A stretch of 64,000 nt of DNA from Balanoglossus misakiensis (taxonomy: Eukaryota; Animalia; Hemichordata), in assembly GCA_040954595.2 (NCBI GenBank), contig CM082581.2, positions 1,294,699 through 1,358,698 of the forward strand. Direction: 5' to 3'. The position numbers and the translations under genes are program-made. Numbering within the stretch: the first letter of the stretch is position 1; each line of letters opens with the position of its first letter. Shown here one piece after another: positions 60,821-64,000 of the stretch. The notes beneath the pieces were generated by a model. The model ran no database searches, was not told the DNA's origin, and worked only from the letters and a program-made list of their open reading frames with translations.

Positions 60821-63800
60821 GGGCTGGGGGCTGCAGGCAGAATATATGACCAAAGGATACGCGTGAAAAAAAGACAATTACCTACTTTGCTACCGTGGGT
60901 CTTTGACTAATTAAAACATGATAACGTGCATCAAAGCCAGCCGAGGCTTCAGGGGCATAGTATTCCTGAGTTTATACGCGAAGAAACCAAGAAATATTCA
61001 TGAGTATGTAGACGGAACTTGTCTTTTAGCTCAAATTTGACCTGGCTTGAGGTCACTGTGACAGCGCAGCCAGCGGTAGAATTGGGGTAGGCATGAAGAA
61101 CATATCTACTACAAAAACTGGTGAGGGCGGGGGGGGAGATGGGGGGGGGGTGGTGGCTTTTCAGTTTAGTCACGGTCCTTGGTTTTGGCCTTCGGCTTCA
61201 CTAGAAAAGCCAAAAAACCACAATGCCGAAGGCCAACTCGTCGAAGCACCTGGTACGTCTATGGCAGAAGTCAGTATTTACATGTTCTGACTCGGTACAC
61301 GCCATGCACTTGCCAAGAGATTCCACGAGGAATACCATGATGATGAACGGCTCGGGCGTCTTCGTGTGCACGAAGACACGATACTAGACTTCATTGACCC
61401 TGTCTCATTCTTTTCTTTTCATGCGCATAAGGACATGAAAAGTCGACCTAACCTTTTGTTTTATCACTTACTGTGGTTTTATAGGGATGCTGTGAGTGAA
61501 AAAGTGGCACATTCGGGTTGTTGCCTTATACTTAATTTCTCCATTTCTATTGGAGCAGGCTACACCGGGCCCAGGGTCGAACTTAAACCAATTTGCAGCC
61601 GTGATGGTCGAACAATGTCCGACAAACTTTAGGCACGTCAAGCTTATGCCTTCCTGGGTCGCCCGACAAGAATGAACTTCTATTTTAACGATAGGGCCTA
61701 TTCCAATCGATACCCGCCGTATCAGTCACGCAATAATGAACACGAAATCCAGATCCCCCAGAATGATGTTTCACTAGACTCGGGGAGAGTGCTGTTTAGT
61801 ACCAACAGGCAATTAAAGGTATACGGTCACCTATGGAAAATTAGCTATAGTTACCATGGCAAATTGAGATGTAGCCAATCACAGATTTTTAGTGGGTGGC
61901 ACACGCGAAAAAAGAGCGCCGCCATATGTTCTCATCTCAGCCATATATGGTCCTATGTAACCACCTCATGTCATTTACAGAATTGGAACACCCTAAAGAA
62001 TGTCATGCAGACAATGTCACGTGTTGTTCCATGACCAACCAAACAACAAACTCATGTCCAAATCAATTAAATTCCAAAGAATGCTCCAAATATGCAGAAT
62101 TGCCACGCAAGTCGAGCATACTTAAGCACTCTGCACAACTGAAACATAAAATCCAAGCTTTTAACAATACAACAATAAACAATCCATTCTGATCGAATTA
62201 ATGACCAAATAAAACGAAAAACACAACTCGACCCACAAAAAGTATACGAAGCGCTTTTAATCGCTCATTAATGTTTGATCTCGAGGAGACGTGTTAAAAA
62301 ATCCGCTATGAAAAGCAGGGGAGAACAATAGCCTATTTTTACCAGGTAAACAAACACCAGGTAAAAATCCACCCATGCTTCCAGACCGCTCTAGGATAGT
62401 GATCCACCCAATGAAACTGTATCTCTTTAACTTTAATTTGCAAACTCGTGGAATTGATCATTTTATAAATCGCTCCATTTTGACGTTTTCTCTGTGGTTT
62501 GTTAATACAAATTTTGTCTGTGCCAAATCTGTCCTCTAATACTGTCACTTGTATTAGAGTTCAAATAACACAGAAGTATAATACAACGTTTTGAAAAAGA
62601 CAGACATTTTTCGTGGGAACGGTGATATACTTAGGCCACACTCGAGCTAAAAACAAAAGTCTATATTTTATCAAAAATGCCTTGGACGCACAAACATCTA
62701 CAGGATGTGGAAGGGGCGGGTCAAAACCGCGATCTACAACTGTGCCTCCCCCCCCCGGCTGTCTTGCTTCTATTTGGAGTGTCAATGTGTGATTTAGCGT
62801 TGTTTGCGGCAGATACTAAGCTTTGTTCTTGTTTCACTCCATTTGCTGCATTGTGCTGTGCTCTGGTATTTCTCCAGGGTCTACGGTTACACTATAGGCT
62901 GATTAGTCGTATCTTTACTACACAGACAAAAAACTTCGAAGCTTTATGTCTGTGCCTTTTATGAACAAGCATCGTCCGATTCGAATTCGACTCGTCATCG
63001 GTAGCTATGTTTATTTCGCCCTTGGAGACCTCCCCTGGCCTCGTTAGGATGACTGTTACCAGGACTACCTTAAACCAATCTTTTCGAACCGGACGGTACA
63101 CACGACATGTCTATGTTAATTGTCCAGGTACCAGAGTGTACGTGTGGGCTCCCTAAACCCCTCATTGGCGGCCGGTCCCTGTCCGAATAAACACGTTTGA
63201 CAGACAAAAAATGATGAACAAGTGGCTTACTTCAATACTTCGTTAACTAGACGGCTGAACTCTGAATGTTGATTCAGCAAAAAAAATGTGTTTACGGCAA
63301 GGTTTTGATCAATACGACACATTTACCATTGAAAACGCCCAAAGTAAGTGGGGGCGTTTGACCATCAATCAAACCCACGCCCAGGTGCATGTGAACGGCC
63401 GAAGCAGTGTAACGTTTCACATTCCGTGCAACGTCCGACACTGTGTGAAAGCGGTTGCTGTCGGGTGGCTTGACCTAATTTTCGTACATTGATATGCATT
63501 TGACACCTCACTACCTGTTTTCTTAATATTGCTAAAACTTTGCGTTGAAATATCACTGAAATGTTGATGATCCACGCACAAGTCGTCTACCCCGGTATGA
63601 AAAGCTTTTATACAAGAAAACTAATTGCACATGACCACCAAGGTCATACCGCAAGGTGTGTCTAAATGTCAAGGAAGGACATTGGGAGGGGGGACTTGGG
63701 TCGAGAACGACCATGACGGAGGAAAAACCGACAAGTCATTGTGTAACCTGTTTACTTGCCAATAGTCAAACGTCAAAATTTACTCTCAACTTGGTTGCAG

Positions 63801-64000
63801 ATCGAGTCTCCCGAATTTCCAACTTTTATGATTGGGTAAATACCGATATGCGACTGGTATGCGACGCGTTGACGACGCGAAGATTTTGTTGAAATCAAAT
63901 GGTTTGTCAAATGTCATCTCACAGTGGAGATACCGTGGTCATCTGACATGAAAGGGTTCGATTGGGTCTGACCGCCGTCGTTCATCCATGCTTAGAAAGC

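Noticed and set aside
60860-64000. First exons (signal peptide, lectin start) or promoter of the uif-like gene
   Set aside because: The region is relatively CpG-rich, but no exon with the expected C..GW...CY motif could be found; the short ORFs have no recognisable features.

Overview
Eukaryotic (animal, probably marine invertebrate) genomic DNA. It is AT-rich, has spliceosomal introns and is dense in repeats; no prokaryotic features are seen. The only recognisable host gene is a minus-strand, multi-exon homolog of uninflatable (uif) at about 45.9-59.8 kb, with C-type lectin, 3 CUB, 4 CCP/Sushi and 2 EGF-Ca domains. It has several independent disabling lesions and stops next to an 8.6 kb satellite array built from 90-bp and 74-bp units (36.5-45.1 kb). 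The long ORFs in that array are by-products of the repeat. The left half holds a Helentron/DINE-like element with nested LINE fragments, a spliced hAT (ZNF862-like) transposase pseudogene, a ~170-bp dimeric satellite, and a tandem duplication carrying four homologous 73-75 bp mini-exons of an unknown plus-strand transcript. Other elements include a Crypton tyrosine-recombinase relic, a Transib-like MITE with CACAGTA ends, many TTAA-target (Kolobok-like) and TA-target MITEs, and an unusual block at 33.8-35.7 kb where a 50-bp minisatellite has expanded inside a small ORF. All family assignments come from motifs read by eye; no database searches were run.
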